64,000 bases of DNA from Octopus sinensis (Eukaryota): contig NC_042999.1 in NCBI RefSeq assembly GCF_006345805.1, positions 127,844,001-127,908,000 on the forward strand, given 5' to 3'. A program made the position numbers and the translations under genes. This document shows positions 52,351 through 64,000 of the stretch, one piece after another. The first letter of the stretch is position 1. Every line of letters begins with the position of its first letter. The notes beneath the pieces were generated by a model. It made no database searches and was not told the DNA's origin. It saw nothing but the letters and a program-made list of their open reading frames with translations.

Positions 52351-52530
52351 GGATGCAAACTAGATCAAAGATTGCAATTTGATCCACTGAAATAAAATTC
52401 TAAGCAAAGTGATCTCTGTGTATAAAAATTATATTGCAACTTGTTCATCTGTTTATGTTTTGATTATTTCACTTGTTTTTGTTTTGTTTGTTTTTTTCTC
52501 TCCTCTAGATTTACCTCATCGTTGGCTATC

Positions 52531-52725
52531 ATGTATTCAGAGTGGGCCCCGCTTCAACGGGAGATTCAATGTAACAAAGCCAACCAAAGTGTCCTACAGA
52601 AATTCCCAGCAGCTGCTGGGAAAGAAATAGTTTGTTCTGTTGTAAAACATCTTGCAAAAAACTGCTCAACATCAACAATCGCTGTTGATCTTGAGGAAGA
52701 CAAAGATGTAAAATGGACAATAGAG
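52531..52725 (+). CDS. RALGAPB: Ral GTPase-activating protein subunit beta, first coding exon (65 aa)
   Basis: MYSEWAPLQREIQ...SVLQKFPAAAGKEIVCSVVKHL...DKDVKWTIE matches the recalled RALGAPB N-terminus (MYSEW.SL...SVL..YP...G.EV...D.EVKW.ME). Acceptor ctctag at 52508, donor GAG|gtaata, phase 0. Confidence 0.95.
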
Positions 52726-53183
52726 GTAATATTATTTTCCTTTTCTCTCTTTAGTTTTAAATATCACTTTGTTGACTTTGACTTATAGTGTATTTTCAAA
52801 AACATTTTATCACTGAGGAACTAACAAGTCTGTCACTTGTCAGACACATAGAATTGTTTAAAGTAGAAATATTGATTATTGTTCTATTGTATTGATGTGA
52901 ATATGTTGAGTATTGACTAATGATGGATTAGTTAATCTTTAGGATTATAAATTGGCTGATAATTTAAATTGAATAAAATATTTTCATGGTAGTAAATATT
53001 TAAATTAAATTTTCCATTCTTGACATTAGTCTAATGTAAGTTATATATTTACTTTATCTACAAATAGTTGCTTTTGTATGTATATTTTTCAAAATGATGT
53101 GCTTATAATCTCACCAAAAGTAATATGTATTTTCATTATTGCTATTAACTTACACTCACTATATTATTATTATTATTATTTAG

Positions 53184-53382
53184 GTGCTTTGCTTTGGTCT
53201 CAGCCTACCATTGACTGAGCATGAAGCCATTCGTGACTGTGTGAATATTTATTGTGATTGGTTGACATCTCTGACATCACCGCTAGAAAGTGTACCTAAA
53301 CCTGTTATTGAAAACCCCAACCTCTATGCACGAGAAATTATCCATCATCTGCTGAACTTGTTTGTACCAAGAGTTGGATCGA
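53184..53382 (+). CDS. RALGAPB: RALGAPB second coding exon
   Basis: ttag|VLCFGLSLPLTEHEAIRDCVNIYCDWL...VPKPVIENPNLYAREIIHHLLNLFVPRVGS|gtatgt; phase 0 to phase 1. Confidence 0.95.
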
Positions 53383-54209
53383 GTATGTATTGTTTATTCC
53401 CTCTTACTTCTTATCAAATTATTGGAACAAAAATCAAGTTTTTGTTCTTAAATATTATATGGTGCATCTGTTGAATAACGATAACGTTTCAGTTGGTTGA
53501 ATTTAATCATTTCTCCAAATTTTTTTAAATTGATCTATGACTATATATATTATACATTTCTTGTGTGTAGTGTTTTGTTGTTACCCCATTCAGGCTTACA
53601 GTTGAGACTATTCCTGTATGCAAACTAATTCAGATACCTGTTCAAACATTATATCATAGAGATATGTAGATAAACCTACATTGAATCTGATAGATACATA
53701 TAAATTTATTAACATTATTTTCAGATTAACATATGCCCCTGTTTTACTCCCCACTACTTCTTTGTAACAACTCTTTTAAAACATATTTAATCATAAATAT
53801 AAACCATAATAGAGAATTATTTTAATAAATCTTTCATTTATATATAGTGAATATGGTAGGAACAAATTAAAAACTAGTTTCCAAGATGAGCAAGAAGAAA
53901 AGAATAGGAATAAAGGACAAAAAATTGAAACGATAACAATGATATATATATACAGTGTTGTAAGTAAGCAAAAAATAAATTAATAACTGAAAATGACTAA
54001 TAATGACTTAACTGATTGATGTTATGACGTCAAAGTCAACCAATGAATACAACCACCCCTCATGTCTCAATGTTTAACCTATGTTCTACACAAAGGAAAA
54101 CTGAGACCTATAAATATTGGCCATAAACAAACTTTCAAACAACTGCAGTGGACCTGGGTCATAGACCACATTGCACTTGTGCAGTGAAAATTTTGACAGC
54201 TCATTAAAA

Positions 54210-54475
54210 GCACCGCCTCGACTGGCTTCCGTGCCGGTGGCACATAAAATACACCAATCTGACCGTGGCCGTTGCCAGCCCCGCCTGGCACCTGTGCAGG
54301 TGGCACGTAAAAAGCACCCACTACACTCACGGAGTGGTTGGCGTTAGGAAGGGCATCCAGCTGTAGAAACATTGCCAAATTAGACTGGAGCCTGGTGCAG
54401 CCTTCTGGCTTCCCAGAACCCCGGTCGAACCGTCCAACCCATGCTAGCATGGAGAACGGACGTTAAACGACGATG
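54210..54475 (+). mobile_element. Young SINE with Meta-like central motif and RTE-like (GAT)n tail, inside RALGAPB intron
   Basis: CpG-intact copy with gtggttggcgttaggaagggcatccagc and 3' ccaacccatgctagcatggagaacggacgttaaacgacgatgat. Possible 7-bp TSD attaaaa (54203-09, 54476-82). Many older copies are present (19250-19730, 42050-42230, 55950-56090). Confidence 0.8.
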
Positions 54476-56603
54476 ATTAAAATAAAGTAAAAATGCACTT
54501 GACAACCTTTATTTATTTTCAAATGTCCAGAATGACTCTAATGATTTTTTACTTTCAGTGTTAAGACATGTGAAGAGGGGCAAGCTGGTAGAATCATTAG
54601 CATGCTAGGCATAACCCGTTGTGGAATTTTGTATGTCTTTACATTCTGAGTTCAAATTCTGCCAAGGTTGACTTTGCCTTTCATCTTTTTGGGGTCAATA
54701 AAATAAGTATCAGTCAAGCACTGGGGTGAATGTAATTGATTTAACCCTTCCCCCAGAATTACTGGCCTTGTGCCAAAATTTGAAACCAATGTTAAGAAAT
54801 GTGTGTGCGTGTGTATTTTATATACAAACACATGAATATTGATGGACTGTCACATTGTAGATGACAGATGAGTGTTCTTCAATTTCTTGCTGAACAACCT
54901 ACACAGATGATTAATTTATAATAATCCAACGTTTGTATTGTACATTAGCTGATTCACTCCAAGTTGACCATTGCCTGTACAGGTGCATGGTGTGCCACAT
55001 GTCAGATGCTGAAGTGATCATAAAGCACTGCCTGATCTGGGAATTGAAATCGCAATCTTGTGATCATGAGAGCAACACCCTAACCACTAGAGCATTCGCC
55101 CTCACACAGATGAATTTATCTTTATGTAAAGTAAATATACATAATCGTATGTCTGATACTAGGGTGAAGAGATTCAAAGGAGTCTTCCAAGACAGGAATC
55201 ATGAACACTTGAGGAAGGGTGAGATTCATTTATCTAGAATTAATTTTTTCATTTAAATGCTCACTATTGGATTGCTATTTTAAACTGTGAGCATCCATGA
55301 AACAAAGAATATACAGTAGTTTCTTCCTGCTTTGCACTATATTGCACACATTACATCCTTGTGATTGATTACATAAGGTACATTCAAATACTGAGAATTA
55401 ATTGCCCTACGTTTTGTGTCTGTCCTATTCTTGACTGTGTAGTATACAATTGTTAGCATAGGAACATTCTTAAAGCTAAAATATAGTTCCAATTTGAGGA
55501 GCACCCAAATTATAAAGTATGGGAATAGAATAGGGATTGGGTGCAGACGTGGATGTATGATTAAGAAGCTTACTTCCCAACCATGTGGTCTTGGGTTCAG
55601 TCCCACTGCACAACATCATGGACAAGTGTCTTCTAATATAGCCTCAGACCCATCAAAGCTTAGTGGGTGGATTTGATAGGCAGAAACTGAAAGAAGCCTA
55701 TTGTATATGTGTGTACATGTTTATGTATACCTCTGTCTAGACATCGCATGATGGTTGTAATTGTGCATCATCATTATACAAATGATGTTGTTTATTTCCA
55801 GTTTTCCATGAAAAACATGTTACACTGTGGGTAAATATCATCTTGTTCAGAACCAAGTGAGTGTTGGCAACAGGAATAGCAGCCAGCCACAGAAAATCTG
55901 CAGCAAATTCCACAACATGCACAGAAACATGGACATTAAAGTGACCATCATCATCACTTAACATCTGTTTTCCATGCTGGCATGGGTTAGATAGTTCGAT
56001 TGCGACTGGTAAGCCAGAAAGCTGTACCAGGCTCCAGTCTAATTTGGCTTGGTTTCTATGTCTGAATGCCCTTCCTAATGCCAATCACGACAAGTATAGC
56101 AGAATACACTTGCCCAAGTTGTCACACAATGGGATTGAACCTAAAATCGTGGTTGGGAAGCAGACTTCTTACCACACAGCCACACCTGTGCCTATATATG
56201 TATATAGGCTTCCATACAGTTTCCAGCTACCAATTTCACTCATGAGCATTTATCAGCCCATTGTTTAGTAGATGACACTTGTTCAAAGTGCCATGGTGTG
56301 GGATATAACTTGAAACCACATGGTTATGAAGTAGACACTGTATCAACGCAATCAAAACTGTGCCTATTGCAAATATAGTAATCCAATTAAGGCTTCAACC
56401 ATAAAGACGGGTATGACAAAAGTAAATTGTTTTTAGTTTTAAGATAGAAATTGGAGGTTCTTGATTAATTAAGCTGAATTAGTGATTAATGACATTTGGT
56501 ATTTTTTTTTTAAATTTTTATTTCAGTGAATTATGACTTTGTTTCCAACATTTTCCTTTGGTTTATTTTATACTCTTTTATAATTTTGAAACTCTCTTTA
56601 AAG

Positions 56604-56768
56604 GTGTGGACCATGTTAAACGCCAGTCAGCACAGTGTCAGCGAGTGTTGCGCAGTATTGAAACTGTTGCTCTTGACTCAACTATACTCACAAGAAGTAC
56701 GTGGGAAACTATGTTGAAGTTTCTTCTTGCTGCTAATGATAGCCTATTAGCACCACCAGCTGAGAAAG
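56604..56768 (+). CDS. RALGAPB: RALGAPB third coding exon
   Basis: tttaaag|(S)VDHVKRQSAQCQRVLRSIE...TRSTWETMLKFLLAANDSLLAPPAEK G|gtaaaa. Phase 1 to phase 1, compatible with the previous exon. Matches recalled CLQVLRAI...RETWEVLL.FLL.IND.LLAPP. Confidence 0.93.
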
Positions 56769-58585
56769 GTAAAATATTTTCATTGTTAATACTCTTCGCT
56801 TATTAGTTACAGAAAGATTATAAGTGAAGGAAAACTGTTTCATGATTTGTTATCTAAAATATTACTAAATGTATTTATTTTTTTTACCTTCTAGAATTGT
56901 TCATTTTGTCGAGGTGGTAAAGCTGTATTTGTGAACACTCATTATTAATTAGAAATAATTTGTCTGAAGTTACTTTTGAGATAATGCCTTTGTGCTTCAT
57001 TAAGCTTTCCATACTATCATTGTCATTTTAAAAAATTTTTTTTCTTATTAGGTAATGTTGGTCATGTGTTTTATTTTCTTCATATGTTTAATGTAATCTT
57101 GTGTATTCATTTGTCCTTCAAATTTCATCTCATGAAAAATTGAGTAATGAATCAACTATTATGTAGCTTCCAGAAGCACTTGTTTAATGTAATAATGAAA
57201 ACTGAAAGAATGATTAGGCTCTACATACATTGATATTATTACACTCTCATAAACATACATGCATTGTATGCATGTATGTATATGTAAAAATGCACAGTGT
57301 ATGTGAGGTTAAGGTGCTGTAGCAGAAGACAGTATTTTCAGATCATAATCTAAATCATTGTATCACAATCTAAGGAAAATAAGTCATATGTCACAGTTTA
57401 CTGATTAAAAATAAGACCACTTCTTCTGATTGGTTGAATGACTAGCGTTAGAAAGGACATCCAAATTTTAAAACTTCACACCAATTATATATCTATATCT
57501 ATCTTTCTACCTGTCAATCTATCTATAAATCTATCTATCTGTCTATATATATAGATAGATAGATATAGCAACATGAACGAGAATGGAGAAAATTACATCT
57601 TTATTTGATGATTACACCGTACATTAATGACAGTCATTTCTATTGTGCCAGCATATCTAGATGTAGAAAAAAGATACAAAATACATATATATGAGTGAAT
57701 GGACAAGCAAAAGAAGCACAAGGAGTTAGATAATAGTTCAGCTCAGCTTCATGCAACTTAAAGTTTTGTAGGCTTGTAGACTGAATCTAACTCCTAAGAC
57801 ATCTATGTATATATATACATATATATATTTTTCAATTGATAAGTTTATTGATCATACACATTCATTCTCATTTGTTACTTCAGCCTTTTGCATGCTCTCA
57901 ATAACTGAGTTGCTATTAGTGATACTGTTAATATTTTAGGTTTAGATGTTGGCAGAATTTGATGTAACTATCTGCTAGTGATATGAGTATTGCAGACAGA
58001 AACTTGTGCAAGTACTCTCTTCGTTTCTAATTTATTTATAGGGACAAATGTTCTTATATTCAAATCTCAAATACAAATAAATTGATGTAACTTCATCTAA
58101 ATATATGTAAATAAGAAAATTTATGTGTTCTTACGTTTATGCTTGTAGGAATAGTACTTAATAATCATTAGTCAAGATAATGAATAGAAATGTCAGTGGG
58201 GATGCTAAATTCCCTTGTTCGAAAATATAAGGACACAGATCATGCCGTATAGCCAGCTGGAGACGATGTCTCCTGGGGTTAAATTACAGCAACATTAGTC
58301 CTAAACAAGGACTGCTATGTTATGTTGGCAAACAATCTTTACAAAAAATGTTATTGTTTAGTAAGTGTCTCTTTTCTGCTCTCCAGAGATACTGAAAGTA
58401 AATTTCTATGATTATTTAGTTTTTCTTCTTAGCACTGTGTTACTACTTAGTCTCAACATACTTCTCACCATTCATTATTGTTATCATCACCATCACCAAT
58501 AATAGTATTGATGATTTTTTGTACTGGCACAAGGTGGTCACATTTATGTAAGAGAAATATATAGTTACTTGGATCAACTCTGTAG

Positions 58586-58833
58586 AGGTGCATGGCTTAG
58601 TGGTTAGAGTGTTGGACTCATGATCATAAAATTGTGGTTCCGATTCCTGGACTGGGTGATACGTTGTGTTCTCAAGCAAAGCACTTCATTTCATGTTGCT
58701 CCAGTCCACTCAGCTGGCAGAAATGAGTAATCCTGTGATGGACTGGCATCCCATCCAGGTGGGGAGTATATATGCCATGGAAACCAGGAAAACTGCCTTA
58801 TAAGTCTGTTACTTGGGAAGGAACTTTAGCCTT
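58586..58833 (+). mobile_element. tRNA-headed SINE with Nin-like 3' body
   Basis: A box tggcttagtgg and B box gttccgattcc, then a CORE-like segment, then cctgtgatggactggcatcccatccagg...gaaaccagg, which resembles the recalled Nin-domain consensus. Confidence 0.55.
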
Positions 58834-60298
58834 CACCCTAGCTGAATCAACTCCAGTATATGTCCAGAACTTATTTTATCAAACCCAAGATGCAAGAAAG
58901 ACAAAAATTAGCACTAACAGGATGTGAACTTCTGATGACATTGATGAGGATGATGATAGTAGCAACAATTGATTTCTTTATTTTTACCACAAGGATAACA
59001 GATGAGAGGAGCATTACAGTTAGAATACATTGTGGCCAGCTGAGTTTTTGATTGTTATCTTTATTCTTTGAACTCCCTTTCATTACTATTTATATTCTAG
59101 TGGACCCCTATAGCCATTTGATGTTTAAAAACTGGTTTTATAAATACATTTTTCAAGATTCCTTTTTTGTTTTTGACAAATTCACTTGTGTAGGTTGAAC
59201 TATGTAAAACGTTTGCAAAAGATATCTAGCTGTTTCTTACATCTAAAGTAAAATTTTTTCATGGACCCTTAAAATAGTACTGTGGATCCCCAGTTTACTG
59301 TTTTGCTTGCGTGGACCTCCAAAAATCTTATATAGACCCTTGTTGAGAACCATTGTTGCAGAATGTCATACATGTTGCCTTATGGTATTTGGTCATGTTC
59401 TGAGTTCAAATCTAGCAAGAGTTGACTGTAACTTTTCATCCCTCCAGGAAAGATAAAATCATTACCAGTCAATAATTGAGCACCATTAAATTAACTGTGC
59501 CTTATTTTTCATCCCTCTGGACCCAATAAAATAAGTACCAGTGATATACTAGATATTACAGTTAACTACAAAAGAAACAAAACAAAAAAACAAGAACATC
59601 AGCGTTATGCAGAGCTGAAAGAAATCCTTATCATTGAGTTGTGTGCCTCAGTGCAATGGTGATGAATCTAGTGATTGTCATTGTTGTTCAGCCCCAGATC
59701 ATTTCTGATTGAGCTGGCCTGTTATCCACCATGTTCAGCTACTTTATCTTGTTTCTGACTATAGTGTATCTCCATGGTTACATTATTCAATATAACCTTC
59801 TCTTTTAAGCCATTAAGAGTGATTTGGTTGCTATTTCTAGAGGTTTAAGCAATCATGAAGCTCTCATAAATTTATTGTTTACGATCAACTCATTTCTTAT
59901 ACATTGTTGGTAGAGGCATGAGTATTACACAATCCCATTTCATCTCTCATAGAAGTCTGAAGTAGTGTACCTAACTGAAAAATTATGAATAACAATTATT
60001 AAAATAATAATATTTTATTTTTAGTGTATTACCTTCTATTATGTATCAATGCTGTATACAGAAGTAAGATTTTTTAAACCAAGTCTATGACTCCAGGCTG
60101 GTTTCCAGTTGCTGTTGTTTGGGTGTTGAGCTGGGAATCTTTAGGCCAAGTGTTCAGTTCTTGAATCCAATAGTGTATTGTGTTTTTGAGCAAGTCACTT
60201 TCATATTACTTCAGTCTACTCAGCTAAAAATGAATGCCACAATAGTTGAGTTAACCCTTCAATTGATTATTTTTACTCTTGTACTCTCAACCCCTTAA

Positions 60299-60856
60299 CT
60301 CTTTAGCATTCAGGTTATTCACTGAGCCATGTGAAGGTGCATAGCTCAGTGGTTAGAGAGTTGGGCTCACAATCATGAGGTAGTGAGTTTGATTCCTGGA
60401 CCGAGCTGTGTTATGTTCTTCTGCAAGGCACTTTATTTCACATTGCTCCTGTTCACTCAGCTGTAGAAATGAGTTGAGACATCACAGATGCCAAGCTGTA
60501 TCAACCTTTGCCTTTCCCTTGGATAACATTGGTGACATGGAAAGGGGAGAATGGTATGCATGGGTGGTTGCTAGTCTTCCATAAACAACCTTGCCTGGAC
60601 TTGTGCCTTGGTGTCCCATGGTCATTCATGACTTAAGGGTTTCTTTACCTTTTTATTCTTTTAAGTTTGATCCTTATTTATTTAAATTGTTTTGAATTAA
60701 TCATACATTATCTCATAGCTTCTGGATTTCGATGGTATGATTGTTTATTATTAGAATGCTATTGTAAAGTCAATGTGAGTGGCTAGATCTGGTCAGCTAA
60801 AGCGTAAAATGCATAGAATATTTGGGCTTGAAATGGGTGATTTAAATGCTAAAGGC
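60299..60856. mobile_element. TTAA-MITE interrupted by a SINE (60321-60652)
   Basis: TTAA|ctctttagcattca...aaatgctaaaggc|TTAA. The SINE is flanked by ttattc at 60315-20 and 60653-58. Confidence 0.7.
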
Positions 60857-62784
60857 TTAAACACCTTAGAAACTGAGGAAAGCTCCACTTAATGAACCTA
60901 TAGACTCAAAATAGACTTCATCTTTAGCTGATATATGTGAACCACTCCGTATCTTTTGCTTGAAGTCAGTATGGCTCTTTACCGAGTGTTTATTTGCTTG
61001 TATCTGATCATTAAAAGTCAAGCAACTGACTTTAAAATTGTATCATGCTTTTATACTTTGTTTACATAGCATTTATCCTTTGTTGACACACATCAAAGCA
61101 AAGTATCTTTTATTTCACAGCATATCATAATACAATTGTCTATGATAGCTTGAAATGATCTATTTTCAGATTGAAAAAACAGAAAAAGAATCCTAAAATC
61201 TTGCTAGTCATATTCATGTTTGAAATCAATCTCCAATGTACAAGATTAATGAAAATTTATTTGACAATCACCTTTTCTAGGATAAACCTTAACTGAAGTT
61301 GTTACTTGATATTTTTACACATATATTTAATTGTATGAAAGCAGAAGCTTAGTGACTTAAAGGGGAAAATAACTCTAATAACTGCAGCAAGGATGATACC
61401 AGCTATTATGTTTGATGGTGATTTTTTTTTTTTTTTCGAGTTTCATTTATTCTCCACATGATGTATTTCCAATAAACCTTGCTAATTTTGGAAAATTCTT
61501 TTTTGAAATGTTTTAACATGCTTCATCTTTTGAATTCTAAAATTAAAAAAATCATCATTGTTTGAACTGTAAAAAAAGGTGATATTTGTTCTGCTCTTAA
61601 TTAGAATTCTGACATGATCATTAAGCATAAAAAACTAAATTTTAAGAAATGAATGGTTGTTGCTTACACTGTTTCAGTCCTCATTGACTAGCTTGTCATC
61701 AAAAACATTCTGACTGATCATCCTGTATTTATATTTAGGTATTGTATATGTAGGACTACAACTGGCAAATTATAAGAGTTGTTAAAACAGACGACAAAAT
61801 GCCTTATGACATTTGTTTTGACTGTCTGTACTCAGAGTTCAAATCTCACCAAGTTTATGTTATAAACTCCCTTTGGGGTTTTTGTACCCTGAGTTCTGGG
61901 TTAGTAAATTTAATCTCACACCCAGCTTAACATCACACCACTGGTATTAGAATGTTTTTAGTAGCATTTGCTCTGTTGCAAGCATTCAGGCAAAGACCAT
62001 GATTTCAGGATATCTTCCTCCTTTCTTACCACCTGTCTCAGAGGCTCTGAAAAAATTAAGGGGCATAAGTTCTGCTTTTCCTTCACTAAGTGGTTAAAAT
62101 TTTTTTTACCAAATATGACTTCCTTTTTTGAAATGGTAGTATGTGTGATTTAAGGGAAACTTGCTGTTACTAACAGATCAATTGACCATGTAGAGGTTCC
62201 CCTCATTGGCTTGTAACTACATATATTGTTATTGAGTTGCTTCAGTAAACCTTGATTAAAGTGATATTGGAAATGTTACACAAACATTTTGTAACAACTA
62301 GTCCTAAGTATCTTCTTGCATAGCTTGGCCTTCTTGATATAGCCTTTTGTCTCTAGGTTCCTGCGTTGGTTGATATGGCCAATTTATATGGGTCAGATGA
62401 TAGCTGGTATAGACAAGTAACATGGAAAAGATGAGGTTCCACACTGTGTGTTGGTGAAAAAGGTCACATGAATTAGAATTGATCATAGATGATTTGGGAC
62501 GAGTAACTATATAGGACTTCATACACAGGTCTGCCTGAATTGTTTTGTACTGTTGGCCATCCAAACCATTATTGACCATTGTTGCAAGGAAGAAAGTTTA
62601 ATAACTTTTGAGTTTTGAAGAGTTATCACTTGCCAGTGGATGTTGATTATGTTTATCCCCATGTACTTACCTCCGAGAAGGGATAAATGTGAAACAGCTT
62701 CAATCAAGGAGAGGGTAATGTAGATACACTATATATGGTGATTAAATAACCTATATTCAGTGTAAAAATTTTTTTAAACATTGG

Positions 62785-64000
62785 AGGTTCTATGGATGAA
62801 TCCAGATTATACACCAAAAATGGAAAATACTTTGATTCTTTTATTCAAACAGTAAGGATATTTAAGCAAGGCTATTGGTATGTAGTTTGGCATGAATAAG
62901 TGTGCAGTATTAATTATGAAAAGAACTCTAAAAATTAAATCTGGAATAAAAAAAATACCACAAGATGATAACATCAGATTACAGAAAGAGAATGAGGGAT
63001 TCAAGTACCTAGGGTTGCTGCAGGATGAGAGGGTAATAGAAAAAGAAATGAGAAAGTCTTCAAAAAGTACAAGAGAAGGGTTAGGAGGGTATTTGAAAAA
63101 AACAAAACAAAAAAACAAACAGAGGTCATGGGTCATACCCACATATTAATTGCTTTCATAATTTTACCTCAAAAAGGAGTATTGTGTTGAGATACACTGC
63201 TCCTATTTTTTAAAAGGGACAAGGAGTTACTGGAATTAGACAGAAGTAGGAAATAATGCATAATGATTATTAAGAAAAGGAGGAGGCAAAAATTTGTTAA
63301 ATTTAAAAGACACCAACAGTGTTGAAGTTTGAGGTTTGAAAAATTATGTTATGCATAGTCAAGAAAGACTATTATCTGCAAGTAGAAATATCGAAGAAAT
63401 CACTAAAATGGTGAAAGATTGTGAGAATCAAAAGAATAATAGGAGAAATAACTGGAGAAAGAAAGAACAACTTAATCAGTTCCTGTAACAAAGTAAGGAT
63501 GGTGTAAATGAAGACGGATGGTTGGGGCTGTGGGATGGAGCCTGAAACAAGAAACTGACTTACTATTTATAGCCACTAAAGAACAAGCTTATTAAAAATA
63601 AACTTTAATAATAAAACTTAGCCAGATAGTAAATTCAGAGTGTGTGGAAAAGAGAATTACAGTATTAATCATCTTTTAAGGGAGTGCAGTAGGCAAGCAC
63701 AAAAAGAGTATAAATACAAGCATGACTGTTGGTAAAAAAGTGCATTGGGTTATTAGCCGAGTTTGTGGATTTGAAGTAACAGAAAAGGTTTATGAACACA
63801 AGTCAGAGGCTCTCATGGTAAACAGTGATTATTTGGTTTTATGGAATTCCTCCATAGATGCAGGTCATATTATTGAAGCAAGGAGATGAGATATGATCAT
63901 GGAATACAAACAGTGTAAGATCATTGACTTTGCAATCTTATTTGATTGTATAGTGGATGTCAAGGAAACTGAGAAAATTGAGAAATATCAAGACTTAGAG
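62785..64000 (+). mobile_element. Decayed R4/Dong-clade LINE (RT C-terminus, CCHC knuckle, REL endonuclease), runs off window end
   Basis: GM*FGMNKCAVLIMKR; EGFKYLGLLQ; FRVCGKENYSINHLLRECS...EYKYKHD; VYEHKSE...LWN.SI...IIEARR*D...CKIIDFAI.FD..VDVKETEKIEKYQDL. Confidence 0.85.

Noticed and set aside
57480-57570. (ATCT)n-(TA)n-(AGAT)n palindromic microsatellite
   Set aside because: A common by-product of microsatellite turnover, with no evidence of function.
56769-64000. Fourth coding exon of RALGAPB (expected ...L..VLFEVWL.AC..CFP.P..WKT)
   Set aside because: Not found by eye; it presumably lies beyond the window.

Overview
AT-rich eukaryotic genomic DNA, most likely from an octopus (coleoid cephalopod). 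This is inferred from my recall of its tRNA-headed SINE families and from the microsatellite load. Two genes are recognisable and lie head-to-head around a CpG-rich region under 1 kb. Syntaxin-5 (STX5, minus strand, 34702-35619) has an intronless CDS and a probable 5'UTR intron. RALGAPB (plus strand) has its first three coding exons at 52531-56768 and continues beyond the window. A probable terminal exon of a cyclic-nucleotide-binding-domain protein lies at 992-1470. The rest is mostly SINEs, decayed LINEs (Tx1, RTE, L2, HERO-like, R4/Dong), TTAA and hAT MITEs and microsatellites. The most interesting structure is a Tx1-type retrotransposon cluster at 7.9-11 kb. There, two elements sit in tandem at one short target motif, one of them encodes only ORF1, and the 3' tail of the other is shared almost exactly with a SINE subfamily present in the same window. 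Other notable features are a ~755-bp foldback with mirrored splice donors at a CpG-rich/CpG-poor boundary, a 200-bp hairpin just after the CNBD stop codon, and a 22-kb CpG-depleted domain with no recognisable gene. No CRISPR, rRNA or genuine tRNA genes were seen. All alignments and translations were done by eye.
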